A stretch of 64,000 bases of DNA from positions 164,273-228,272 of the forward strand of contig CAYOUG010000001.1 of the NCBI GenBank assembly GCA_964407105.1, in the 5' to 3' direction. The notes below the pieces were generated by a model that was not told the DNA's origin, did no database searches, and worked only from the letters and a program-made list of their open reading frames with translations. Made by a program: the position numbers and the translations under genes. Position 1 is the stretch's first letter. Each line of letters opens with the position of its first letter. The stretch comes from an uncultured Candidatus Saccharibacteria bacterium (GTDB lineage Bacteria; Patescibacteriota; Minisyncoccia; Phycocordibacterales; CALRHW01). This document shows, in pieces, positions 19,467 to 29,014 of the stretch.

Positions 19467-19586
19467 TGAAACAAAAAGAAAAAGTGGTGTTTAGGGGGGT
19501 CTCGAGCGCGACGGCGCGAGAGCTTCAGGATTTTTTAAGCTTCAAAAAATCCGTACCCCTAAACACCACTTTTTCTTTTTGTTTCA
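19467..19586 (+). repeat. Palindromic element family A, copy 3
   Basis: Perfect 31-bp arms tgaaacaaaaagaaaaagtggtgtttagggg and its reverse complement, around the same core. Confidence 0.95.
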
Positions 19587-19690
19587 CACTCACGTTATCC
19601 ACAGTGATATCGTTTTCTTTAACATTTCTTTAGGGAAACTTTATCTCCGCTTTGATGTAATACAGACATTAGCAACAGTTTCACTGTTAT

Positions 19691-21238
19691 ATGGGTTTTT
19701 CAAAAATTCACAGCGCACAAGTTTCATTACTTCAACCACACATCATAGATATAGAGGTCGATATATCAAACGGATTACATTCATTTACTATCGTTGGTTT
19801 GCCAAGCAAAGCTGTAGAAGAATCCAAAGATCGTGTTTCCGCTGCTATTAAAAATTCAGGGCTCACATCGCCCAAACAAAAAAATCAAAAAGTTGTTATA
19901 TCACTTGCACCAGCAGATTTAAAAAAGGACGGGCCGGTTTTTGATCTGCCTATAGCACTCGCTTATCTTTTGGCATCTGGAGATGTGTCTTTTGATCCTG
20001 CGCAAAAAATATTTTTAGGTGAACTTTCACTCGACGGGGAACTGCGTTCGATGCGCGGTGTTTTACCACTTGTGCAAGAAGCAGAACGTTGTGGATTTAC
20101 AAAAATTTATGTACCGAAAGAAAACGCAAAAGAAGCGGCGATTATAAACAACGTCACAGTATTTGGTGTAAATTCTTTTTCTGATTTACTCGCACACCTT
20201 GATCCTAAATATGTGTGTGAGAAAAAAATAACAACATTAACACCGCAACCCAAAACACAAATTCAACATACACAAAAAATAAATTCTCAAACATTTGCAG
20301 ATATACGTGGACAAGATGGAGCGAAGCGCGGACTTGAAATTGCGGCGGCAGGAGGACACAGTATTGCAATGAGTGGACCACCTGGTACCGGCAAAACAAT
20401 GTTGGCCAACGCATTTTGCGAACTTCTACCACCACTTTCATTTGATGAAATTCTTGAAGTTACTTCTATACATTCGGTGGCTGGTAAACTCGAAAATACA
20501 CTCATAACACACCCACCTTTTCGAGCGCCACATCACAGTGCTTCTCATAGCGCACTTGTGGGTGGAGGAGGAATTCCAAAACCCGGAGAAATAACTCTCG
20601 CACACCGTGGTGTTTTATTTCTTGATGAATTTCCAGAATTCGATCGACAAGTTATAGATTCGTTACGTCAACCACTTGAAAATAAAAAAATTAATATCTC
20701 CAGAGCAAAAGGTTCAGCCCTTTTTCCTGCAGATTTTATTTTGATTGCTGCAATGAATCCGTGCCCATGTGGATTTCGTGGTGTGAAAGGCCGAGAATGT
20801 GTATGCTCGGCTGTAAATATAAATTCATATCGTCGCAAAATTTCTGGACCAATTATTGATCGTATTGATTTGTGGGTAAATGTAGAAAAAATTGAATATA
20901 AAAACTTCGGTGAAAAAAACACACAAGAAAACACAAATATTATTAAAGAAAAAATTGAAAATGCGCGAAAAATACAGAAAAAAAGATTCGAAAAACATCA
21001 AATTAATATCAAAACAAATGCAGAACTCGGGAGTGAGAAATTAATAAGTATCACGCCACTATCTTCTGACGTACAACAGCTTTTAAACACATCAGCAAAA
21101 AAACTTGATCTTTCTGCGCGCGCATATCATCGAGTTTGGAAAGTAGCGCGCACCATTGCCGATCTCGCAAACCACGAAAATATAGAAACACCCGACATGC
21201 TCGAAGCCTTGCAATATAGATCGAAAAATATTTTCTAA
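19691..21238 (+). CDS. comM: ComM/YifB Mg-chelatase-related AAA+ helicase
   Basis: VGLP..AV.ES, GELSLDG, GPPGTGKTM, PFRAPHH, LAHRGVLFLDE and AMNPCPCG motifs. Confidence 0.93.
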   Translation: MGFSKIHSAQVSLLQPHIIDIEVDISNGLHSFTIVGLPSKAVEESKDRVSAAIKNSGLTSPKQKNQKVVISLAPADLKKDGPVFDLPIALAYLLASGDVSFDPAQKIFLGELSLDGELRSMRGVLPLVQEAERCGFTKIYVPKENAKEAAIINNVTVFGVNSFSDLLAHLDPKYVCEKKITTLTPQPKTQIQHTQKINSQTFADIRGQDGAKRGLEIAAAGGHSIAMSGPPGTGKTMLANAFCELLPPLSFDEILEVTSIHSVAGKLENTLITHPPFRAPHHSASHSALVGGGGIPKPGEITLAHRGVLFLDEFPEFDRQVIDSLRQPLENKKINISRAKGSALFPADFILIAAMNPCPCGFRGVKGRECVCSAVNINSYRRKISGPIIDRIDLWVNVEKIEYKNFGEKNTQENTNIIKEKIENARKIQKKRFEKHQINIKTNAELGSEKLISITPLSSDVQQLLNTSAKKLDLSARAYHRVWKVARTIADLANHENIETPDMLEALQYRSKNIF

Positions 21239-22314
21239 AATGGATTCTTTGCTCCTCTAATTTCAAAATGTACGTGTGGACCAGTAGATTTTCCGCTTGA
21301 TCCAACATTTCCAATAACCTGACCCTGAACAACTCTTGTGCCCACAGAAACAATAATATTAGACATGTGCGCATAAAGTGTTTGTGTGCCATTATCATGA
21401 GCGATTACAACATACATTCCATAACCTCCATTCCATCCAGAACTCTTACTGATAATCACGGTGCCTCCAGCAGAAGCTAGAAGTGGTGTACCTATTGGAG
21501 CGCCAATATCAATTCCGTTGTATCCATGAATTCCTTGTGTTTTTGTTCCACCAACAACGGGTCGAATATAATATCCTGCTGGTACAGCACGTATTGGGAG
21601 GGGATTTTTGGGTGCACCAAAAGATTTTGATGGTACGGTTCTTGAATAAACACTGTCTTTCGAAGAGGGTTGTGTGGAAACTGGAGTCAATTCTCCGTCC
21701 GGTACAATAACAACATCTCCCACAGCAAGTTTTGCGCCAATAGATAAGTCATTAAATTGACGAATTTCTTCTGCATTACTTTTATACTTTTTTGCAATAG
21801 TCTCAACGGTATCTCCAGATTTTACTATGTGTTGTACGCCAGTAATAGGGAGAATAACAAGGGTTTGACCCTCTGAAATTGTTCCTCCAGAAAGATTGTT
21901 ACCCCAAAGAATGGTGTTTACAGAAACATTAAACATTTTAGCGATCTGTGAAAGAGAATCGCCTTTTCGCACAACATACAAACTAATTTGTCCAGCAGAA
22001 AGACTTGTGTCTTCACCAATACTTCCAACAGCATTAAGTTCTGGCATAATAGCGTTTTCATCCACGATGGTAACCTCGCCACCACCCACAGACATACTGA
22101 TATTTAGTGGTGCTTGAAGCAGGGGAATGTTCTGAGAATTGTGATCATTGACAGAAAATTCTTCTGTTGTCCCTCCAAACATCGCTGAAACAACATTAAA
22201 AAAACCAGCGTGAGCTACTGGAACATTGAGAAAAGAGAAAAAAGCTAAAAAAAGCGTTGTCATCGACAAACCCCTAATAACTGTTTTTATGGCTCCAAAT
22301 CTAGCTTTTTTCAC
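21235..22314 (-). CDS. LysM(x2)-M23 peptidoglycan endopeptidase
   Basis: Two LysM repeats; HGYNGIDI, YAHM and STGPHVHFE motifs. Confidence 0.92.
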   Translation of the reverse strand: MKKARFGAIKTVIRGLSMTTLFLAFFSFLNVPVAHAGFFNVVSAMFGGTTEEFSVNDHNSQNIPLLQAPLNISMSVGGGEVTIVDENAIMPELNAVGSIGEDTSLSAGQISLYVVRKGDSLSQIAKMFNVSVNTILWGNNLSGGTISEGQTLVILPITGVQHIVKSGDTVETIAKKYKSNAEEIRQFNDLSIGAKLAVGDVVIVPDGELTPVSTQPSSKDSVYSRTVPSKSFGAPKNPLPIRAVPAGYYIRPVVGGTKTQGIHGYNGIDIGAPIGTPLLASAGGTVIISKSSGWNGGYGMYVVIAHDNGTQTLYAHMSNIIVSVGTRVVQGQVIGNVGSSGKSTGPHVHFEIRGAKNPF

Positions 22315-22537
22315 AGCGCCCCCAACACAGCAAGATGTGGATTTATTGAACTGAGTTAAAATAAGCCTAAGATTAATGATAATTTCGTCCTGAATCGGTA
22401 AATGTGGCTTTGTTGAGCCACATTATAATATCGGGCGATCTTTCTGGGTATCTTTTTATTATACAAAGTGAACATCTCTCGTCAATCATTTCACGCACCT
22501 CTGTGGATATTGTGCTCTGTGATATAGTTTATTTCTA

Positions 22538-24511
22538 ATGTCACAAAATACGGAAAAAAATTATCTTGACGCACTAAATCCAGCACAAAAAGAAGCGGTG
22601 ATCGCAACAGAAGGTCCACTACTCATTGTAGCGGGGGCAGGGGCGGGAAAAACAAAAACGATTACACATCGAATTCTTCATCTCATTAAAAAAGGTGTGC
22701 CTCCACAAGAAATTTTGGCAATTACTTTTACAAACAAAGCGGCCAGAGAAATGAAAGATCGTGTTCTACATTTTGTAACCAACGATAAAGAAACACGCGA
22801 CACAATCACTCGTTTTGGAATGCCTTTTGTTAGCACATTTCATTCACTTGGCGTGTTTATTTTAAAAGAACACGGTCATCACCTTGGACTTTCAAAATAT
22901 TTCACGATTTGCGACAAAAATGATAGTAAAAGAATTATTAAAGAAGCAATGACTGAATCTGGTTATGATCCAAAACAATTTGATCCAGCAAAAGTAATGG
23001 GGGCTATTTCTAGAGCAAAAGGAGAGGGAATGACTGTAAGTGTTTATCAAGAAAAAGTTTCAAATCAGTATTTTGAAAGTGTTGTGCTTGCTATTTGGAA
23101 ACGTTACGAAACAATTCTTTCAAAAGAGAGCGCCCTTGATTTTGATGATCTTCTTTTAAAAACCTTGGTGCTTTTAGAAAAATTTGAAAGTGTACGCACC
23201 GTATGTCAAAATCGATGGAAATATATCCATATTGATGAATACCAAGACACGAACAAAGTACAAGACAGAATAGCAGAAATTATTTCTTCAACACATCGCA
23301 ATATTTGTGTAGTAGGAGACACAGACCAAAACATCTATAGCTGGCGTGGAGCAAATATTCAAAACATGCTCACTTTTGAAAAAAAATATCCTGATGTAAA
23401 AATTGTTCGTCTAGAAGAAAATTATCGATCAAGCAAAACCATTTTGGGTGTTGCAAACAACGTTATCATAAAAAACAAATATCGCATTGAGAAAAATCTT
23501 TTTACCAACAACCCAGTAGGAGAAAAAATAGGTCTTATTGATAATTATGATGAAAACCAAGAAGCATATACTGTGGCGGGAAAAATTCGAGATCTCATTA
23601 CTAGTGGTGTGTCTCCAGAAGAAATTGCAGTACTTTATCGTGCCAACTTTCAATCGCGCATTCTAGAAGAAGCCTGCGTGTCACTTTCAGTACCTTACCA
23701 AATGATTGGTGTGCGTTTTTTTGAAAGAAAAGAAATAAAAGATACTCTTTCATATATTCGTGCATCACTAAACCCAAACAGTGTTTCAGACATTAAACGG
23801 ATCATAAACGTACCAGCGAGAGGAATTGGAAAAGTAACTATCGACAAAGTATTAGAGAAAAAAGAAAACGAGCTATCTGCTGGAGCACAAATAAAAGTAA
23901 CCAATTTCCGAAATATTTTGTCACACATAAAAGAAGAATCAAAAAAATTAACACCATCCTTACTCATTAAATATACAATCAAAATTTCCGGCATCGAAGC
24001 TGAGTTAGAAAAAGGTAAAAGTGAAGAAGATACCGAACGGCTTGAAAATATAAAAGAACTTGTAACACTAGCACTTTCTTATGACGGATACGGCGCAGAA
24101 GAGGGAATAGACAGACTTCTCACTGACGTAGCGCTTGCAACAGATGAAGAGGGTGATGAAAAAAAAGAGCCCGCAATAAGACTTATGACAGTACACGCCG
24201 CAAAGGGTCTTGAATTTGATTATGTGTTTATCACCGGACTTGAAGAAAATCTTTTTCCACACCAACGTAGAGAAGCTGGCGGAAAAGCAGAAGACAATGA
24301 AGAAGAGCGTAGGCTTTTTTATGTAGCTGTCACTCGTGCACGTAAAAAACTTTTTCTTTCGTATGCACAAACGCGCACTATTTTCGGCTCCAGACAAGTC
24401 AACGTCCCCTCAGAATTTCTTTTTGATGTAGAAGAAGATCAGGTCGACAGAGAATCTGGTACTACCGCAGACATGCCTAGCCGAAAACCACTCTTTAAGA
24501 TAGATTTCTAG
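22538..24511 (+). CDS. pcrA: UvrD/PcrA DNA helicase
   Basis: AGAGAGKT, FTNKAA, DEYQD, NYRS and EERRLFYVAVTRA motifs. Confidence 0.93.
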   Translation: MSQNTEKNYLDALNPAQKEAVIATEGPLLIVAGAGAGKTKTITHRILHLIKKGVPPQEILAITFTNKAAREMKDRVLHFVTNDKETRDTITRFGMPFVSTFHSLGVFILKEHGHHLGLSKYFTICDKNDSKRIIKEAMTESGYDPKQFDPAKVMGAISRAKGEGMTVSVYQEKVSNQYFESVVLAIWKRYETILSKESALDFDDLLLKTLVLLEKFESVRTVCQNRWKYIHIDEYQDTNKVQDRIAEIISSTHRNICVVGDTDQNIYSWRGANIQNMLTFEKKYPDVKIVRLEENYRSSKTILGVANNVIIKNKYRIEKNLFTNNPVGEKIGLIDNYDENQEAYTVAGKIRDLITSGVSPEEIAVLYRANFQSRILEEACVSLSVPYQMIGVRFFERKEIKDTLSYIRASLNPNSVSDIKRIINVPARGIGKVTIDKVLEKKENELSAGAQIKVTNFRNILSHIKEESKKLTPSLLIKYTIKISGIEAELEKGKSEEDTERLENIKELVTLALSYDGYGAEEGIDRLLTDVALATDEEGDEKKEPAIRLMTVHAAKGLEFDYVFITGLEENLFPHQRREAGGKAEDNEEERRLFYVAVTRARKKLFLSYAQTRTIFGSRQVNVPSEFLFDVEEDQVDRESGTTADMPSRKPLFKIDF

Positions 24512-24512
24512 T

Positions 24513-25370
24513 ATGAAAGCTAAAAAATCACTCGGACAAAATTTTTTAAAATCAAAACACGCACTACGTGTGATTGTTGAATCTGCAAATATTGCGCCCA
24601 CTGATACCGTGCTTGAAATAGGGCCGGGAAAGGGGGCGCTTACCGCCGGACTTTTAGAAAAAGCGGGACACGTCATAGCGATAGAAAAAGACGATGAACT
24701 TGTGCCTTTTTTGCAAGAAATGTTTGCCGCAGATATTGCGACAAAAAAACTTACACTTATTCATGGAGATATTATGGAAATGACGATTGAGGAAATTTTT
24801 GCACAAGCACGAAATGCTGGCGCAAGCGATGTAACGGCAGAATCATACAAACTCGTTGCAAATATTCCATACTATATTACAGGTGCACTCATTCGAATGT
24901 TTTTGGAGACGGCGCGCCAGCCACGCCTCATGGTGCTCATGCTCCAAAAAGAGGTGGCGCGCCGCATCACCGCAACCGACAAAAAAGAAAGCTTACTCTC
25001 ACTTTCAGTAAAAGCATACGGCACACCTAAATATATAGAGACCGTCAAAGCAATGTTTTTTTCACCACGCCCAAACGTAGACTCCGCAATTTTACTTATT
25101 AAAGATATTTCAAAAGCATTTTTCAAACGGGACACAGATACAAAAGAAACATCTGGCATCCAACCAACCACACACGCCGAAGAAACTTTTTTCAAAATTA
25201 TCAAAGCCGGCTTTGCACACAAAAGAAAACTTTTGGTGCGCAATCTTGAAAGCGATTTTTCAAAAGAAAAAATTTCTACAACTTTTGCTTCGTGCAACCT
25301 TTCTCTAAAGGCGCGTCCAGAAGATCTTTCTCTTGATCAGTGGAAGTGTGTAACAACACAAATAAAATAA
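24513..25370 (+). CDS. rsmA: 16S rRNA dimethyladenosine transferase
   Basis: KKSLGQNFL, EIGPGKG and ANIPYYI motifs. Confidence 0.96.
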   Translation: MKAKKSLGQNFLKSKHALRVIVESANIAPTDTVLEIGPGKGALTAGLLEKAGHVIAIEKDDELVPFLQEMFAADIATKKLTLIHGDIMEMTIEEIFAQARNAGASDVTAESYKLVANIPYYITGALIRMFLETARQPRLMVLMLQKEVARRITATDKKESLLSLSVKAYGTPKYIETVKAMFFSPRPNVDSAILLIKDISKAFFKRDTDTKETSGIQPTTHAEETFFKIIKAGFAHKRKLLVRNLESDFSKEKISTTFASCNLSLKARPEDLSLDQWKCVTTQIK

Positions 25371-25373
25371 AAC

Positions 25374-25483
25374 AAAAAACTTTTATATCTTTCTTCGGGT
25401 ACGGATTTTTTGAAGCTTAAAAAATCCTGAAGCTCTCGCACCGTCGCGCTCGAGACCCCCTACGAAAGATATAAAAGTTTTTT
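25374..25483 (-). repeat. Palindromic element family A, copy 4 (inverted)
   Basis: 20-bp arms aaaaaacttttatatctttc and its reverse complement; core 25394-25463 is the reverse complement of the A1 core with two substitutions. Confidence 0.95.
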
Positions 25484-25505
25484 ATTTTATTTTTTTGTTT
25501 AAACT

Positions 25506-25859
25506 CTATGACGTACCCACTATTGTCATAATACCTTGTGCTGGCCACTGATCTAAACATTCACCCTCATCCCACGTACCGCAAGATGTTGGTACTCCAG
25601 AATGAAGCCCCAAAACCCAATTTCCGGGAGTAAAAATATTTCCATTCGCAAAAAGTGTAGATAATCCTGGAAAAAACAAAAATGCACCACCAACCGGAGG
25701 AGAAACCTGAATCCACAACGCACCAGGACACGTGCATACTCGCACATAAGTAATCATTCCACCAAATGGCAAAAAAGCTTCCGCTTTTTTATACACAAAC
25801 ATACTACTACTCAAAATAACCAAAACGAAAACCATAAAAGCTAAAATTTTTCTCTTCAT
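25506..25859 (-). CDS. Small secreted Cys-containing protein
   Basis: Signal peptide ending KAEA; PFGG.I....CTC...LG....C..C....G....VGTS. Confidence 0.75.
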   Translation of the reverse strand: MKRKILAFMVFVLVILSSSMFVYKKAEAFLPFGGMITYVRVCTCPGALWIQVSPPVGGAFLFFPGLSTLFANGNIFTPGNWVLGLHSGVPTSCGTWDEGECLDQWPAQGIMTIVGTS

Positions 25860-25860
25860 A

Positions 25861-26949
25861 TTAGATGACGTTAAGTATAGCAGGTGAATTTTTATCACTC
25901 ACACCATTGATGTTAACAACATAAATAAAGATTTTTAATCCACTCACACCATTACCACCATTATCTTTAAAAATATCACCCAGATTTGGAAGGTTCGATG
26001 GGGCTTCTAAAGTAAAAGTGAGGGTTTTTCCATCAGAAGAAGAAAGATTTGAAAAATTACCAAAAGAAGTATGAACACTATTTCCTGTTGGTGTAAAATT
26101 TTCACCTAAAATAGTAATTTGAGAACCGATAGACGCAGAGATAGGGGAGATAGAAATAATCTTTGGAACAAAACCGCTATTGGCCGTAACTACAAAATAT
26201 GAGTTACTTTCACTTTTTCCTTTTGAATTACTTACCTCAATATCATAAATACCAACCGGAATTGTTTGTGGAATTGTAAAAACAATGTTGTTTGCATTTA
26301 CTGAAGAAACGTTGCTCACAATATGTGGTCCAAAATGGATACTATTGCCTGTCGACAAAAATCCCGTACCAGTAAGAGAAAGGGTACTGCCATAACCTCC
26401 ACTGTTTGCAGACATAAATGCAAGCTGAACTTTTGAATTATCTGCTTCTGTAAACAAACTAAATAAATCAAATTGATTTAAGCTTTGTGTGGGTTGTGTT
26501 GGTTGTGTAGATTCCTGAACCGGCAAAACATTTTCGTAAGCTGTTCCGGATTGTGCTGGTGCAGTTTTTGGAAAACCATCATTTGTGCTTATTGAAGAGG
26601 GTGAATTAAGCACTGCGCGAGTCGATGGTCCAACAAAACCGGTACCAACACCCAAACCAAGGGGGGTTAAAATTTGATCTGCATGTTCATTTTGAAAAGC
26701 AATTACAGCCTGTTTTGTGGCTGGACCAAAATACATTGTTTCATTACCCAAAGAACCCGAACCGCTTTGCGCTACAACAGTTTTTTCATTTGTGTTTAAT
26801 GTTTTTTGAAGCTCCAAAACATCAGGGCCCACATCTCCAAAAGATAAATTACGAACAAAAGTATAAGCAAAAGATGTTTTTGGTAAAAACGAAAACACAG
26901 AAAAAATAAAAATGAGTGTGTAAACAGAAATACAAAAATATCGATACAT
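25861..26949 (-). CDS. Secreted protein with peptidoglycan-binding domain and two IPT/TIG domains
   Basis: RNL..G..GPDV..LQ..LN...FGPATKQAV..FQ...G.VGPSTR; I.SISP...G..ITI.G.NF repeats. Confidence 0.82.
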   Translation of the reverse strand: MYRYFCISVYTLIFIFSVFSFLPKTSFAYTFVRNLSFGDVGPDVLELQKTLNTNEKTVVAQSGSGSLGNETMYFGPATKQAVIAFQNEHADQILTPLGLGVGTGFVGPSTRAVLNSPSSISTNDGFPKTAPAQSGTAYENVLPVQESTQPTQPTQSLNQFDLFSLFTEADNSKVQLAFMSANSGGYGSTLSLTGTGFLSTGNSIHFGPHIVSNVSSVNANNIVFTIPQTIPVGIYDIEVSNSKGKSESNSYFVVTANSGFVPKIISISPISASIGSQITILGENFTPTGNSVHTSFGNFSNLSSSDGKTLTFTLEAPSNLPNLGDIFKDNGGNGVSGLKIFIYVVNINGVSDKNSPAILNVI

Positions 26950-27039
26950 ACAGACATTGTACGGCAAAAAATACGCCTTCACAATCAATACATTTCGGTC
27001 ACACAATCTGATATACTAAAGAAAATTTCCATTAAAATC

Positions 27040-28035
27040 ATGAAATTACCAAGCATTAAAATAATACTCGTTGCGATCACATGTGTTGCGGTAGTAAGTG
27101 CCATTTATGTTTTAATACAAAAAAATAATAAAACAGAAATAAATAGTGTAACCACAAACACACTTTCTCCAGAATTAGTAAGTTCAAGCGTAAAGGGTTC
27201 AGCTTACATCGACAGCGACAAAGACGGTTTGTACGATTGGGAAGAAATAATCTGGAAAACCGACCCGCTGAACCCAGATACAGATCAAGATGGCATTCTC
27301 GATGGGGAAGATGTAAAAAAAACACCATCATTTGATACCGCGACACAAAAACTTACAAAAACAGATGGTGTAAATGATATAAACACACAAACAGACTCAC
27401 CACAAAACCTAACCCTCACAGACAAAATCGCCCAAGCAGCATTTACACAGTACGCACTTTTAAAACAAAGTGGTAAAAAAATTACTGCAGATCAAGCGCA
27501 AGAAATTGCACACAACATTATTGCAAATCAACCGTTGGTGGAGGGCTTGAAAAAATTTACTGAATTAAATATTCCAAACAAAGTAGAAAATTCTTCGGAC
27601 AATATTTATACATACGGCAACGAGGTGTGGGATATTATGGTAAAAGACACGCCAAAAAATGTAAAACTTGAAAATGAATACACTATTCTACTTACCGCAC
27701 TTCAAAAAGAAGATGAGAAATATCTTGAAAAACTTGATCCAATTATTTTGGGTTATCAAAACACAATAAAAGATTTGCTTTCAATGAAGGTGCCCGCAGG
27801 CGCAGTTTCTGCTCATTTAAATTTTGTAAACAATATGAATGGCGTTCTTGCTTTCATTGAAGACATGCGCGCGTATTATAAAGATACTGCACGTGGTTTG
27901 GGTGCTGTAACGTACTATGGTGGGCAGGTGATAGAACTTCGTGCATCGCTTACACAATTAGTAGAATACTTTTCATCACAGGGTGTAGAATATGTGGAGG
28001 GCGAGAGTGGCTACCTACTAACGCATAGTATATAA
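27040..28035 (+). CDS. Membrane-anchored protein with Ca-binding TSP3-like DxDxDG repeats
   Basis: DSDKDGLYDWEE...TDP..PDTDQDGILDGE. Confidence 0.75.
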   Translation: MKLPSIKIILVAITCVAVVSAIYVLIQKNNKTEINSVTTNTLSPELVSSSVKGSAYIDSDKDGLYDWEEIIWKTDPLNPDTDQDGILDGEDVKKTPSFDTATQKLTKTDGVNDINTQTDSPQNLTLTDKIAQAAFTQYALLKQSGKKITADQAQEIAHNIIANQPLVEGLKKFTELNIPNKVENSSDNIYTYGNEVWDIMVKDTPKNVKLENEYTILLTALQKEDEKYLEKLDPIILGYQNTIKDLLSMKVPAGAVSAHLNFVNNMNGVLAFIEDMRAYYKDTARGLGAVTYYGGQVIELRASLTQLVEYFSSQGVEYVEGESGYLLTHSI

Positions 28036-28038
28036 TTA

Positions 28039-29013
28039 ATGGCAAAAGACATTACTGTGTCATCAATTTATTCTAAAAAATTATTTTTTACTGTTTTCTC
28101 TCTCGCTCTGTCTATCGGCTTTTTCATTCCTTTACATGTAAAGGCGCAAGTTGCTGTGCCTGTTGTTGAGCTTGTAGGATCTCCACTCCTAACCAATACG
28201 ATATTTATAATGGCAAGCACCGACGATATCGCTTGGAACACAGCGTATCTTGCTGCAAAAGAAACAGGAGTTGCAAAATATAAAAATATACCAATTACCG
28301 GAGTGCAAGTCGCTGCCGGAAGTACACTGAGCGCTGATTCAATTGCGACTACATTCCTCAAGCCACTCATCCGCAACATGACCAACTCGCTTGTACAATG
28401 GATAAACAGCGGTTTTCAAGGATCACCACTTTTTGTAAGCGATCCAGCAAAGTTTTTTATTGGTGTTGCAGATAGAATAGCGGGAAGTTTTATAGAGGGT
28501 TCAGATCTCGCATTTCTCTGTTCGCCTTTTTCTTTAAAAATAAGACTCGCGCTCAATTTAAATTATTCAGCACGTTTTCGTGATGAAATTGGTTGTACAC
28601 TTACAGATGTAGTAGAAAATATAGATAATTTTCAAAAAGATTTTACTCAGGGTGGATGGGATGCGTGGTTTAGCATGACACAAAATCCACAAAACAACGC
28701 ACAAGGTGCATATCTTTCTTCTCAAAGTCAGCTTGATATCCGTCTTGCAAGTGCGCTTGGTATAGAAGTGGCTCAGCTTGACTGGGGTCAAGGTTTTCTA
28801 TCTTTCAGAGACTGTGAAATTTATGATCAGACTGGAAAATGTATAAAATACGGCCCCACAAAAACACCCGGAACTGTTATCAATGGTCAGTTACAAGACG
28901 CACTAGGTACAGATCTTTCACAGCTCGAGCTTGCCGATGAATTTGATGAAATTGTAGCGGCGCTAGTAGGTCAGCTATTTAGCAAAATCCAACAGGGTTT
29001 GATCAACTCATAA
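28039..29013 (+). CDS. Secreted conserved protein of the T4SS-like locus
   Basis: Signal peptide (VKAQ), helical with 4 Cys, directly upstream of the VirB6-like gene. Confidence 0.7.
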   Translation: MAKDITVSSIYSKKLFFTVFSLALSIGFFIPLHVKAQVAVPVVELVGSPLLTNTIFIMASTDDIAWNTAYLAAKETGVAKYKNIPITGVQVAAGSTLSADSIATTFLKPLIRNMTNSLVQWINSGFQGSPLFVSDPAKFFIGVADRIAGSFIEGSDLAFLCSPFSLKIRLALNLNYSARFRDEIGCTLTDVVENIDNFQKDFTQGGWDAWFSMTQNPQNNAQGAYLSSQSQLDIRLASALGIEVAQLDWGQGFLSFRDCEIYDQTGKCIKYGPTKTPGTVINGQLQDALGTDLSQLELADEFDEIVAALVGQLFSKIQQGLINS

Positions 29014-29014
29014 T

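Noticed and set aside
22384-22450. c-di-AMP (ydaO) riboswitch before the M23 hydrolase
   Set aside because: The consensus blocks GGGGGAACC, GGGGUGAAU and CCCGUCAGCUAAC are absent
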